Assembly: GCA_022394775.1 (NCBI GenBank)
Contig: JAGFCB010000154.1
Coordinates: 1,463-65,462, forward strand
Length of the DNA stretch: 64,000 nucleotides
Direction of reading: 5' to 3'
DNA from: Candidatus Poribacteria bacterium
GTDB lineage: Bacteria; Poribacteria; WGA-4E; WGA-3G
Each line of letters starts with the position of its first letter. Within the stretch, counting starts at the first letter, position 1. The notes beneath the pieces are model-generated. The model saw nothing but the letters and a program-made list of their open reading frames with translations, was not told where the DNA came from and made no database searches. Positions 18,324 through 27,276 of the stretch are shown here, piece after piece. The translations under genes and the position numbers were made by a program.

Positions 18324-19222
18324 TATTCACGCACCCCCAACTCTTCAAGTAGCTGCCGAAGTTCGGCTTTCTCGGCATCAGTAAGCGGGAGTAGCGGGCT
18401 TGTTGTGCGTGCGCTGCAGACCCCTAAGATTTCCAAGCACGCCTTCATACCGCTGACACCTTGTCCGTAAGTATACATCTTACTCAGCTGAAGCATCCAT
18501 TTTTGTAACCGATGAACTTCATCAATATCGCGTGCCTTCGCCGCATTGTAGAGCGCGACCGATTCTTTCGGTGCAACGTTCGCGATCGAGACAACTCCAC
18601 CGTCCGCACCGAATAGGAGGGCTGCACCGAGTGCGACATGCGAGCCGAGGAAGATAGAGAAATCTGTCCGGTCGCCGAGCAGTGCTATAAGATTAAGCGA
18701 GTTGGTCCAATCGCCAGTACTGTCCTTAACACCGACAATATTCTCACAGGTATCAGCGAGTTCGACGACGATTTCCGGCTTAATGAAGGTTTTAACGGTT
18801 GAAGGGATATTATAAACGAAAACAGGGAGATCCGTACTGGCGGCGACTGTTTGATAGAATTCGATCAGATCCGCATCGTCGGTGGAGGGGTAATAGTAGC
18901 CCGGTGTCGTAGCGACTGCATCAACGCCGAACTGTTCGGCAATCTCAATATTTTGGATAACGCGTTGGGTGCTTGTGTCCATTACACAACAGATAACAGG
19001 AACGCGCCCCGCAACTGTTTTGAGGGCGATGTCCAGTGCTCGCTCGCGTTCTGTATTTGTTAACGTCGTAAATTCACCGGAACTCCCAAGTAGATAGATA
19101 CCGTGAACGCCGTTGTTAATCAGGCGGTTAAGTTGAGTGACGAACCCGCGTTCATCGACGCGCTCTTTTTCGTCAAGCGGCGTTACTGTTGGTGTAAAAA
19201 TTCCTTCAAATCGGATATTCAT
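18323..19222 (-). CDS. dihydrodipicolinate synthase family (DapA-like) aldolase
   Basis: GIYLLGSSGEFTTL and VGVKDSTGD (Schiff-base Lys) motifs. Its stop overlaps the aroA start by 1 nt (TAATG). Confidence 0.85.
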   Translation of the reverse strand: MNIRFEGIFTPTVTPLDEKERVDERGFVTQLNRLINNGVHGIYLLGSSGEFTTLTNTERERALDIALKTVAGRVPVICCVMDTSTQRVIQNIEIAEQFGVDAVATTPGYYYPSTDDADLIEFYQTVAASTDLPVFVYNIPSTVKTFIKPEIVVELADTCENIVGVKDSTGDWTNSLNLIALLGDRTDFSIFLGSHVALGAALLFGADGGVVSIANVAPKESVALYNAAKARDIDEVHRLQKWMLQLSKMYTYGQGVSGMKACLEILGVCSARTTSPLLPLTDAEKAELRQLLEELGVRE

Positions 19223-19316
19223 GAGTATTTCCTATTAGGCGTAATCGCAACCTTTCTTTATAGAACGGGCTTGCAAGCAATATCCTACAAACCAATTGGT
19301 TCAGACTCTGGTTTCC

Positions 19317-19345
19317 AGTTTAGCAGTACTTGGTTTAGATGTCAA
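19317..19345 (-). promoter_or_regulatory. sigma70-like promoter for the dapA-like/aroA operon
   Basis: Minus strand reads TTGACA (19340..19345), 17-nt spacer, TAAACT (19317..19322). Confidence 0.4.
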
Positions 19346-19514
19346 GAAAAGAAGTACGCATCCAGCAAGTTTCGGCTTGTAAGTTAGGCAGAAATTGTGC
19401 TATCATTATGTTAAATATGACTTATAACATGAGGTCTGCCCCTCACGCGTCAGCAGTGCGAAAAACTTCAAACCAATAAAAATAACTAACAGCAACACCT
19501 AAGGACAATCAGAG

Positions 19515-21338
19515 ATGAACATCCGCACACAATTAACACTCAGGTATATCGGCATTGTGCTTTTGGTGTTGTTTGCGATGTATCTCTACCTCAGTGCGAT
19601 GCTCAAGGATTCCATGAGCACGCGGATTACGCGTGAATTAGAAACTCAGGCGGCATTAACCGCGGAATTCCTTATCGAAAAACTCCCCACTCAGAACAAT
19701 TTCACCTACCACGCGATAGATTCTCTCGTCGACAGACTCGGAAAAACAAGCGACGCTCGGTTAACGTTCATCGGCGCAGATGGAACTGTCTGGGGCGATA
19801 CAGAACGCGATAGCACAGCACTACGCGCGATGGATAGCCATCTCACACGTCCAGAAGTTCAAGATGCCCTCCAATTCGGTAGTGGCATTCGGGATAGATA
19901 CAGCGATACCACCCAGACAGAATTCCGTTACTACGCAATGCCAATATATCGCGATGCCAGCCCACAAGCCTCATCCGATGAAAAGAAAACATTAATTGGT
20001 ATTTGTCGTGTCGCGATGCCGATGGAAATCGTCAATACAGCAATCAGCAATCTCCGACAGATACTCCTGTTTGCGAGTGTAGCGGGTTTAATTCTTACAA
20101 TCGTATTCAGCGTTTTCTCCACCAAAATTATTACAAAACCGATTGAGAAATTAACGCAGATGACGCAATCTGTTGCGGCTGGCAATATAGACTCGCGTGT
20201 CCCTGTCGATTCTAAAAATGAACTCGGGCAACTCTCACAAAATTTCAATCTCATGACAGACAGGGTACAAGAACAGATTGATAAGATTTCGGAGGAACAC
20301 CGACGTTTGGAAACCATCCTGACAGACATGGGTGAAGGCGTTCTACTCGTAAATGGTGCGTTTGAAATTACTTATGCCAATTCTATGGCTATCTCTATGT
20401 TGTCCCTCCCGGATGTTTATGTCGGCAAAGCGCTGATCGAAATCAATCGGATCCCCGAACTCCAAACGCTGTTGCAGGCAGCAGAACAGACAGAAACTGT
20501 CGCGTTCGCAGAAATCCGACTCGGTAACCTAACGGAACCCGAAGCAGAGGTTACAGTTGTCCCGGTCTCCACGGGTGAAGAGTACGTTATTGTCATCCAC
20601 GATGTGACCAAGGAGCGGCAGTTGGAGCGCATCCGCGCCGACTTTGTCGCGAACGTCTCGCACGAACTGCGTACCCCGCTCACAACAATCCAAGGTTACG
20701 CCGAAACTTTACTGAATGAGGATACACCGCGATCAAAGACAAGCGAGCAGTTTATCGTGAAAATCCTGAATCATTCATCTCGGCTCTCAAGATTGATCTC
20801 GGAGCTGCTCGAACTCTCTCGGCTTGAGTCTGGTGATGTCGAATTGAAACGCACACGCTGTCATCTTAACACCTTCCATGAACCCATTTTAGAGGTATTT
20901 GAACCGCTATTAGAAGAGTCCGCATTGGTTTTAAAATGGGAGATACCTGAAAATCTGCCAGAGGTTAGCGTCGATCAACAGCTGTTCATGCAGGTGCTCG
21001 TAAACCTGATTGATAACGCCATTAAATATACGCCAGATAGTGGCATAATTACCGTCTCGGCAGAGATTAACACGAGTGAAACATTTGAAGGCATCAATAT
21101 AGCCTCAAAAGAAATTATCATGTGTGTCCAAGATACAGGTATCGGTATCCCGATGGAATCCCAACAGCGTGTGTTTGAGCGGTTCTATCGTGTGGACCAA
21201 GGGCGCGCCCGTGAAATGGGAGGCACAGGATTAGGGTTGGCAATCACCAAACATATCGTGCTCCGCCACAATGGACGGATCTGGCTGGAAAGCTCTTTAG
21301 GGAAAGGTAGCGTATTTCATGTCGCTATCCCATTATAA
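19515..21338 (+). CDS. sensor histidine kinase (periplasmic sensor, HAMP, PAS, HisKA, HATPase; PhoR-like)
   Basis: Two TM segments, a HAMP region, H-box DFVANVSHELRTPLTTI, N-box LIDNAIKYT, G-boxes DTGIGI and GGTGLGLAI. Confidence 0.9.
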   Translation: MNIRTQLTLRYIGIVLLVLFAMYLYLSAMLKDSMSTRITRELETQAALTAEFLIEKLPTQNNFTYHAIDSLVDRLGKTSDARLTFIGADGTVWGDTERDSTALRAMDSHLTRPEVQDALQFGSGIRDRYSDTTQTEFRYYAMPIYRDASPQASSDEKKTLIGICRVAMPMEIVNTAISNLRQILLFASVAGLILTIVFSVFSTKIITKPIEKLTQMTQSVAAGNIDSRVPVDSKNELGQLSQNFNLMTDRVQEQIDKISEEHRRLETILTDMGEGVLLVNGAFEITYANSMAISMLSLPDVYVGKALIEINRIPELQTLLQAAEQTETVAFAEIRLGNLTEPEAEVTVVPVSTGEEYVIVIHDVTKERQLERIRADFVANVSHELRTPLTTIQGYAETLLNEDTPRSKTSEQFIVKILNHSSRLSRLISELLELSRLESGDVELKRTRCHLNTFHEPILEVFEPLLEESALVLKWEIPENLPEVSVDQQLFMQVLVNLIDNAIKYTPDSGIITVSAEINTSETFEGINIASKEIIMCVQDTGIGIPMESQQRVFERFYRVDQGRAREMGGTGLGLAITKHIVLRHNGRIWLESSLGKGSVFHVAIPL

Positions 21339-21350
21339 GGACTGTTTTTG

Positions 21351-22094
21351 ATGAAGAACATGGTGTTAATCCCCGCTGGCAACCTTGAGATCGGAAGCGT
21401 CAACGCTTTTTATCTTGACACACACCCCGTGAGAAATCTTGAATACCAGCAGTTTCTGGTTGAAAACCCACAGTGGCAAAAATCGCATATTAAGGATAGG
21501 TTTCACGACGGAGACTACCTAAAGCATTGGGATGGCAATACCTACCCCGAAGGAAAAGCGAATCACCCTGTCGTCTACGTCAGTTGGTTTGCGGCGATGG
21601 CTTACGCTTTGTGGTCAGGGAAACGGCTCCCGACAGAAGCTGAATGGGAATACGCTGCACGCGGCGGGCTTGCGAATCAGAACTATCCGTGGGGTGATAC
21701 GAGCGATACGACTAAAGCCAACTATGATAGAAAAGTAGGAGATACCACCCCTGTCGGTAAGTATTCACCTAACGGTTACGGCTTGTACGATATAACTGGC
21801 AACGTTTGGGAATGGTGTCTTGATCTTTACGACGATGATTTTTTCTTCGCCACGCCTCGCAAGAATCCGCGCGCCGGAACGAATGAGATTGGTTGGTTGA
21901 CAGCCAATTTCACAGACATTGAAACGATCCCGATAAGGGCGTTACGTGGTGGGGGTTGGAGTGCTACCGAAAAAGGTATCTGCGTCACCCATCGCTTACT
22001 GCTCTCGCCGACAAACACAATCTATGATTACGGCTTTCGTTGTGCGCAGTCAACGTCAGGAACGACTGCCGAGTCGGAACAAGACGCACTATAG
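21351..22094 (+). CDS. formylglycine-generating enzyme family (SUMF1/FGE-sulfatase domain) protein
   Basis: HPVVYVSWFAAMAYALWSGKRLPTEAEWEYAARGG, GNVWEWC and RGGGW motifs. Starts 10-13 nt after the kinase stop. Confidence 0.85.
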   Translation: MKNMVLIPAGNLEIGSVNAFYLDTHPVRNLEYQQFLVENPQWQKSHIKDRFHDGDYLKHWDGNTYPEGKANHPVVYVSWFAAMAYALWSGKRLPTEAEWEYAARGGLANQNYPWGDTSDTTKANYDRKVGDTTPVGKYSPNGYGLYDITGNVWEWCLDLYDDDFFFATPRKNPRAGTNEIGWLTANFTDIETIPIRALRGGGWSATEKGICVTHRLLLSPTNTIYDYGFRCAQSTSGTTAESEQDAL

Positions 22095-22175
22095 TAGGCA
22101 GTTTGGCGAGAATCCAGAAAACAGCTACTGACCGCCTCAACAGAACCGGTATTTTTGGGCAGTTCACTGAAATCG

Positions 22176-22198
22176 ACAGGTGACGAAACCCTGTTTTT
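22176..22198 (+). terminator. weak candidate terminator after the kinase-FGE pair
   Basis: acagg (22176..22180) / cctgt (22090+100..22094+100, i.e. 22190..22194) with a 9-nt loop, followed by a TTTTT run. Confidence 0.3.
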
Positions 22199-22281
22199 GG
22201 AATGCGCACTGCGAGGGTACGATCTCTCCAGTTTGCGCGATAATGAAACGACTGCGGAGATTGTTAAGATTGGATAATGCG

Positions 22282-22959
22282 CTAAATTTTCCAGACCTCT
22301 TGCGTGTAAGCCATCTCCCAAAAGAGGTATTCATAACGACTACTCTGCAAAAAGTAGTTTTTAATCCGTTCTTTCTCAGAGACGCTATACTCCGCTGCGA
22401 GGTCGTTGAGTAAACCGCGTAACCACTCGCCTAATGACAGAAATTCGGGAGAGGCGTACATGTCAATCCATTCCTGATAGAGAGGTTCTGGTGAACCGCC
22501 CTGCTCAGCAAGCGTTGTGCCGATTTCGGCGTAGCCCCACTGACACGGTAGTACACCGGCGACGAGGTCTGCCAAAGTGCCGGTTTCCGCGACATTGAGC
22601 ACATGCCGCGTATATGCGTGTGTAGTAGGTGCCATCGAGGCGGCTTCCATCTCAGCAGCGGAGATGCCAAATTTCTCACAATATCCACGATGCAAATCCA
22701 TCTCTGTGTTTAGCGTTTCATTGACCAGTTGCGAAAACATCGCCATCGTCGCTTCATCGTGTGCCTTGATAACGCCATAAGCAAACACGCGGCTATAGTC
22801 GAGCAGGAATAGGTAATCCTGAATCAGGTAGAACTTGAACTTCTCTGTCGGCAGACTGCCATCAGCAAGACCACAGACGAATGGATGCTTAAGATCTGCT
22901 TCCCAAATGGGTGCGGCTGTACGTCTGAGTTCATCGGTAAATTTCTCATTTTGTGCCAT
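22282..22959 (-). CDS. tenA: thiaminase II / aminopyrimidine aminohydrolase (TenA family)
   Basis: HPFVCGLADGSLPTEKFKFYLIQDYLFL and a C-terminal ..YEYLFWEMAY pattern typical of TenA. Confidence 0.85.
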   Translation of the reverse strand: MAQNEKFTDELRRTAAPIWEADLKHPFVCGLADGSLPTEKFKFYLIQDYLFLLDYSRVFAYGVIKAHDEATMAMFSQLVNETLNTEMDLHRGYCEKFGISAAEMEAASMAPTTHAYTRHVLNVAETGTLADLVAGVLPCQWGYAEIGTTLAEQGGSPEPLYQEWIDMYASPEFLSLGEWLRGLLNDLAAEYSVSEKERIKNYFLQSSRYEYLFWEMAYTQEVWKI

Positions 22960-22967
22960 ACGCCTTA

Positions 22968-22995
22968 TTGAAACTCCTTAAGAATATGCTATAAT
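22968..22995 (+). promoter_or_regulatory. sigma70-like promoter for the 23038 gene
   Basis: TTGAAA (22968..22973), 16-nt spacer, TATAAT (22990..22995). Confidence 0.45.
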
Positions 22996-23037
22996 ATTTT
23001 GCTGTGTAGCATATCATAACAAGAAAAGGATGTCAAA

Positions 23038-23925
23038 ATGTTTGAAAAACTCGGAATTGTAACCAACATTTGGGCTGCAGAGATAGAAAAGGGTGCACGC
23101 TTCGATGAACTCATGGTCGAATTCGGTGCGAACGGTTTCAAGGATATGGAGGTCCGCGAAGGCGACTACCTCCGTAACTCCGAATTCGGACAACTAATCC
23201 AGGAACTCGAAATCGCGATGTCTGTGTACACCGATGCTGAATTCCGGACTATCTGTGATGCTGTGTGGACTGAACAGCCTTATGAGTCGAAGCACCCCAC
23301 GCTTTTTGAGGAAATTGCCGCCTTCACCGAAAAAGCGTCTGGGCTCACCCTGAGTTATGCCAGGTCTCACCCTTGGCTTTCAGCACCCATCGACAGCAAT
23401 GCGGACACACAACGGATAATTAGAGCGAAGAAGTTAGCTTACCTGCTGTGTCCAGAGCGACCGAGGCTCCGTCTCGTTGACCTTGACACCGAAGGAGACA
23501 TTGACGCATCAGCGGCTGTCGCTAACTTAAAACGTTACAGTGGACTCCTACCAGACTATCCGATGATTTTCGCTGTGGAGAACGCTCGCCAAACTGCCAC
23601 GTTAACCTTGAAGTTGGCAGTCGCAGGTGAGGTAAAACTTACGTACGACGAAACGAACACGTATCGCGGCGACGGAACGGCGGTGAACCCACCAGACGAA
23701 TTTTGGACTGCTGTCAAGATGTCGGATCTCACGTCGGTGCATTTCAAACAAAAAACGGAGGCGGGCGTGCTGTCAGAAGTAGCGGACGGTTTTGTTAACT
23801 TCCGTGCAATTGCGGAACACCTGAAAACGCGGCATTATACAGGCGATCTACTCCTCGAAAACACGCCGACTGCGCATTCTTTGCAAGATGCACTACGGAG
23901 TCGGGAGTATTTGCTTAAGTGTTAG
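23038..23925 (+). CDS. hypothetical protein, possibly a xylose-isomerase-like TIM-barrel fold
   Basis: 295-aa ORF with a clean start. Weak resemblance to sugar-phosphate isomerase/epimerase proteins (..VENARQT.., ..LLLENTP..). Confidence 0.5.
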   Translation: MFEKLGIVTNIWAAEIEKGARFDELMVEFGANGFKDMEVREGDYLRNSEFGQLIQELEIAMSVYTDAEFRTICDAVWTEQPYESKHPTLFEEIAAFTEKASGLTLSYARSHPWLSAPIDSNADTQRIIRAKKLAYLLCPERPRLRLVDLDTEGDIDASAAVANLKRYSGLLPDYPMIFAVENARQTATLTLKLAVAGEVKLTYDETNTYRGDGTAVNPPDEFWTAVKMSDLTSVHFKQKTEAGVLSEVADGFVNFRAIAEHLKTRHYTGDLLLENTPTAHSLQDALRSREYLLKC

Positions 23926-24017
23926 TATGGAGACATTTATAGAACCCAGACTAACGGTTTCCTATGCTACAATTTTTAAGCCGTTTCTATAAATATACCG
24001 ACCCTACAGAGCTTTGC

Positions 24018-24863
24018 CTAAAAAGGAGAGTCTTGCGCTTGTGTCGTTTCTCCTTCTTTCTCATCGGAAGCTGCTGCTTCTTGGGCTGCAGGTTCTTCCG
24101 GTGCCGGAACCTCACTCTCTTGGGAAGCGGTTGTTAATTGTTTGATACGTTCACAGAGATCAGCAAGTAGCTGCGGCGATGTCTCCGCTGCTTTGAGTTC
24201 TGCCGACAATTGCGTCCACTGCATCTCGGTCATGTCGTTTCGAGATTCCACACTGTATTTACGTTTGATGTAAGTCCAGAGATCCGCCTTGGTGATCCCA
24301 TTTTTCCCAAGCGGTTCTTCGAGATTGTTTGCGATTGCGAAAGCGGCTTTTTGCGCTTGTGCGATATTTCCGCCACCTTGCGGTATCTGTTGTTGTCGCG
24401 CTGAATTGCCACTCCCCGCTTTTCGATGTAGATAGAAGTTAAGGACCTCTCGGATTACCGGCACAGGTATCAGCTGCTTAATCGCATTCCGTTGCGCTTT
24501 ATGAACTGCTTTGGTAAAGGCAAATGGGTCCTGACGACCACCAGCCATCTTTGGTTGTTCATACGCGCCGTAACGAGATGAGCCAGTGATTGTATCAACT
24601 GCCTTAGCAGTCGCGATCCAAGAGTTCTCCTGTTCCTCGTATTTAATCTCTTCAACTTGGATACCGCCACGTCGGTTTGCGGCTTCGTTAATACCTGCTA
24701 AAGTTAGTCCTTCAACAGTGCGGCCACCCTGTTTAAAGGAGTAGACATAATCCTGAATCGTCTGTCCAGTCATTAACTCAATGATCGCCTGATCATCCAC
24801 CTGATCAACGACTTCATATTCAGCGGTAACTGGTACCATTTCTTCTTTTTTTTCTTCAGCCAT
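24018..24863 (-). CDS. hypothetical protein with Q/G-rich linker and acidic C-terminal tail ending ..DSPF (possible ssDNA-binding/annealing protein)
   Basis: ATG 24863 is preceded by GGAGG. Motif FTKAVHKAQRNAIKQLIP follows a beta-rich core. Linker is GSGNSARQQQIPQGGGNIAQAQ. Tail is EEPAAQEAAASDEKEGETTQAQDSPF. Confidence 0.6.
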   Translation of the reverse strand: MAEEKKEEMVPVTAEYEVVDQVDDQAIIELMTGQTIQDYVYSFKQGGRTVEGLTLAGINEAANRRGGIQVEEIKYEEQENSWIATAKAVDTITGSSRYGAYEQPKMAGGRQDPFAFTKAVHKAQRNAIKQLIPVPVIREVLNFYLHRKAGSGNSARQQQIPQGGGNIAQAQKAAFAIANNLEEPLGKNGITKADLWTYIKRKYSVESRNDMTEMQWTQLSAELKAAETSPQLLADLCERIKQLTTASQESEVPAPEEPAAQEAAASDEKEGETTQAQDSPF

Positions 24864-24930
24864 AATTTCCTCCGAAATTAATAATTTATCCCACACTCAG
24901 ATATATGTTACGCGCTATACGTTTTACCTT

Positions 24931-24959
24931 ATCATACCACTTTGTTCTCGATTTGTCAA
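24931..24959 (-). promoter_or_regulatory. near-consensus sigma70 promoter for the 24863 gene
   Basis: Minus strand reads TTGACA (24954..24959), 17-nt spacer, TATGAT (24931..24936). Confidence 0.55.
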
Positions 24960-25129
24960 GCATTGTTATGGATACAATAGCGGTATCCAGTTATCAGTAG
25001 TTAGCACTCAGCAAAGCACTTTTTAACCATCTTATACACTTACGCCAAATTTACATTATATATGATAACACATTTAATTTGGAAATGCAAATTATTTCTA
25101 TTGGAACTGCGTTCATCCACACGAAAAAC

Positions 25130-25158
25130 TTGATTTACATCCCCAATGCTGTTATAAT
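25130..25158 (+). promoter_or_regulatory. sigma70-like promoter for the ABC ATPase gene
   Basis: TTGATT (25130..25135), 17-nt spacer, TATAAT (25153..25158). Confidence 0.5.
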
Positions 25159-25192
25159 AGCAGAAAATTGAGTAGCGGAGCGTTGACGAACA

Positions 25193-26740
25193 ATGACGGC
25201 ACCACTTCTCCAGATGCAGGCGATTACGAAAGACTTTCCCGGCGTGCGTGCCTTGGACAACGCCTCTTTTGAGGTGCACCCCGGCGAGATTCATGCACTC
25301 TGTGGAGAAAACGGTGCTGGTAAATCGACACTGATTAAGATTCTCGGCGGTGTCTATCCATACGGCACTTACAGCGGTAAAATACGAATCAACGGTAGTG
25401 CGCAGCAGTTCCACTCCGTTCGCGAGGCAGAACGCGCAGGGATTGCTATCATTCATCAGGAATTAGCACTCATCCCTGAGATGACAGTCGCAGAGAATAT
25501 CTACCTCGGTAAGGAACCGCGACGGTTTGGGATTATTGATAGGCATCGCCTCTATCACGAAGCAGGTGAACTCCTATCGCAGTTTGGATTGACGATCCCG
25601 CTCCACAAACCTGTCTATGAGCTCGGCATCGGACAGCAGCAACTTGTAGAAATCGCGAAGGCTTTAGGACGTAGCTTGCAATCTGGTAACGCGCTGTTGC
25701 TTGTGCTTGACGAACCGACAGCCGCCTTGACAGAAAGCGAAGTGGACATTCTCCGTCAAATTCTGACACAACTCCGAGAAAAGGGTGTCGCGTGTATCTA
25801 TATCACCCATAAGCTCAAAGAGATTTTTCAAATCGCCGACCGAGTGACAGTTTTACGAGACGGCGAAACGGTAGCAACACACGCCATTAAATCACCCGAA
25901 TGCACGGAAGATGTGTTAATCTCGGAGATGGTTGGTAGGGCGTTAACGACACTGTTCCCAGAACGGCAGGCTGAAAACGGTTCAAATAGCGCGGAAGTCG
26001 CCCTACAGGTTGAAAATTTAAGCACGTATCCAGCAGAACCACCACGACTTGAAAACGTCAGTTTCGAGGTCCGGTGCGGGGAAATCCTCGGTATCGCGGG
26101 TCTGATGGGGGCAGGTAGAACGGAACTGATAAGCACCATCTTTGGTGCTTATGACGGTAAATGGAGTGGTGAAGTCTTCATAGCGGGTAAACCTATCCAG
26201 ATTCATTCTCCATACGAGGCGATACAGCAAGGGATGGCACTCGTCAGCGAAGACCGGAAACGTTATGGACTCCTTTTAGATGTAGATGTCACCCGCAATA
26301 TGACCCTGCCGAGCCTCGGTTTATCGGCAGACCTTGCAACTCGCGGCATCATTAACCACAATGCGGCAACTGAAAAAAGTGCCCACTATGTCGATTCGCT
26401 TCAGATTAAGACGACCTCACTTGAAGTCCCTGTGAACCAGCTCAGCGGTGGCAATCAACAGAAAGTCGTCTTAGGCAAATGGTTGATGACGCATCCGAAG
26501 GTGTTATTCCTTGATGAACCGACACGTGGTATTGATGTCGGTGCGAAAGCAGAAATCCATGCACTAATGGCAAAACTCGCTGATGATGGCGTCGCGATTG
26601 TGTTTGTGTCCTCCGAGCTGCCGGAGATTTTGGGCATGAGCGACCGGGTTTTGGTGCTACATGAAGGCGAAATTACGGGTGAATTTGTCAACGATAACCT
26701 GACGCAAGAGGAGATTTTGCGGTGTGCAGCTGGGGCATGA
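25193..26740 (+). CDS. sugar ABC transporter ATP-binding protein (duplicated ABC domains; XylG/RbsA/MglA type)
   Basis: Walker A GENGAGKST, signature LSGGNQQK, and a second half with GLMGAGRTE. 515 aa. Confidence 0.9.
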   Translation: MTAPLLQMQAITKDFPGVRALDNASFEVHPGEIHALCGENGAGKSTLIKILGGVYPYGTYSGKIRINGSAQQFHSVREAERAGIAIIHQELALIPEMTVAENIYLGKEPRRFGIIDRHRLYHEAGELLSQFGLTIPLHKPVYELGIGQQQLVEIAKALGRSLQSGNALLLVLDEPTAALTESEVDILRQILTQLREKGVACIYITHKLKEIFQIADRVTVLRDGETVATHAIKSPECTEDVLISEMVGRALTTLFPERQAENGSNSAEVALQVENLSTYPAEPPRLENVSFEVRCGEILGIAGLMGAGRTELISTIFGAYDGKWSGEVFIAGKPIQIHSPYEAIQQGMALVSEDRKRYGLLLDVDVTRNMTLPSLGLSADLATRGIINHNAATEKSAHYVDSLQIKTTSLEVPVNQLSGGNQQKVVLGKWLMTHPKVLFLDEPTRGIDVGAKAEIHALMAKLADDGVAIVFVSSELPEILGMSDRVLVLHEGEITGEFVNDNLTQEEILRCAAGA

Positions 26741-26772
26741 GGATCGGCCATGCCCAACCTCACGAGAAACAG

Positions 26773-27276
26773 ATGGAAAATAGAAACGAAAGCTTTAAAA
26801 CCGAAAGTCCAGAGGCGACGCAGGTACTCGGGGAAAAAATCGGTAAAACACTCCAACAAGGGGATGTTATCGCGCTTATTGGCGATCTCGGTACAGGTAA
26901 AACCTGTTTAACACAAGGTATCGCTCGCGGTGTAGGCATCGCACCTGATGAAGTCGTCAACAGCCCTTCATATATCCTGATTAACGAATATAATGGGACG
27001 GTCCCTATCTACCACATCGATCTGTATCGACTCGAAAACACCGAGGAGATTGCTGAGCTCGGACTCAGCGAATATGTGGAAGGCGACGGGATTTGTATTA
27101 TCGAATGGGCGGAACGGATGGCGGATGCCCTGCCCGATACCTGTATAAAAATCCATATAACGCTTGCAGGCGCGAATGCCTCGCACAGCGCTGATGAAGT
27201 TTCTGAATCAATATTAGATAGTCCTGAAGATGAAAACATCCGACACATCGAAATCCAATATCCTATATCTCGATAG
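26773..27276 (+). CDS. tsaE: tRNA t6A37 biosynthesis ATPase TsaE
   Basis: ATQVLGEKIG.., P-loop GDLGTGKT, SPSYILINEY, HIDLYRL. An alternative start at ATG 26737 forms an ATGA overlap with the ABC gene stop. Confidence 0.85.
   Translation: MENRNESFKTESPEATQVLGEKIGKTLQQGDVIALIGDLGTGKTCLTQGIARGVGIAPDEVVNSPSYILINEYNGTVPIYHIDLYRLENTEEIAELGLSEYVEGDGICIIEWAERMADALPDTCIKIHITLAGANASHSADEVSESILDSPEDENIRHIEIQYPISR

Noticed and set aside
22960-23037. TPP riboswitch upstream of tenA (and of the thiamine diphosphokinase at 48027..48122)
   Set aside because: The leaders are only about 78 and 96 nt long. They lack the conserved CUGAGA and ACCUGAUCUGGAUAAUGCCAGCG-type elements.
25040-25456. 138-aa minus-strand ORF spanning the ABC ATPase promoter and 5' end
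   Set aside because: It overlaps a strongly supported ABC gene and its promoter on the opposite strand. It has no RBS and no recognisable motifs.
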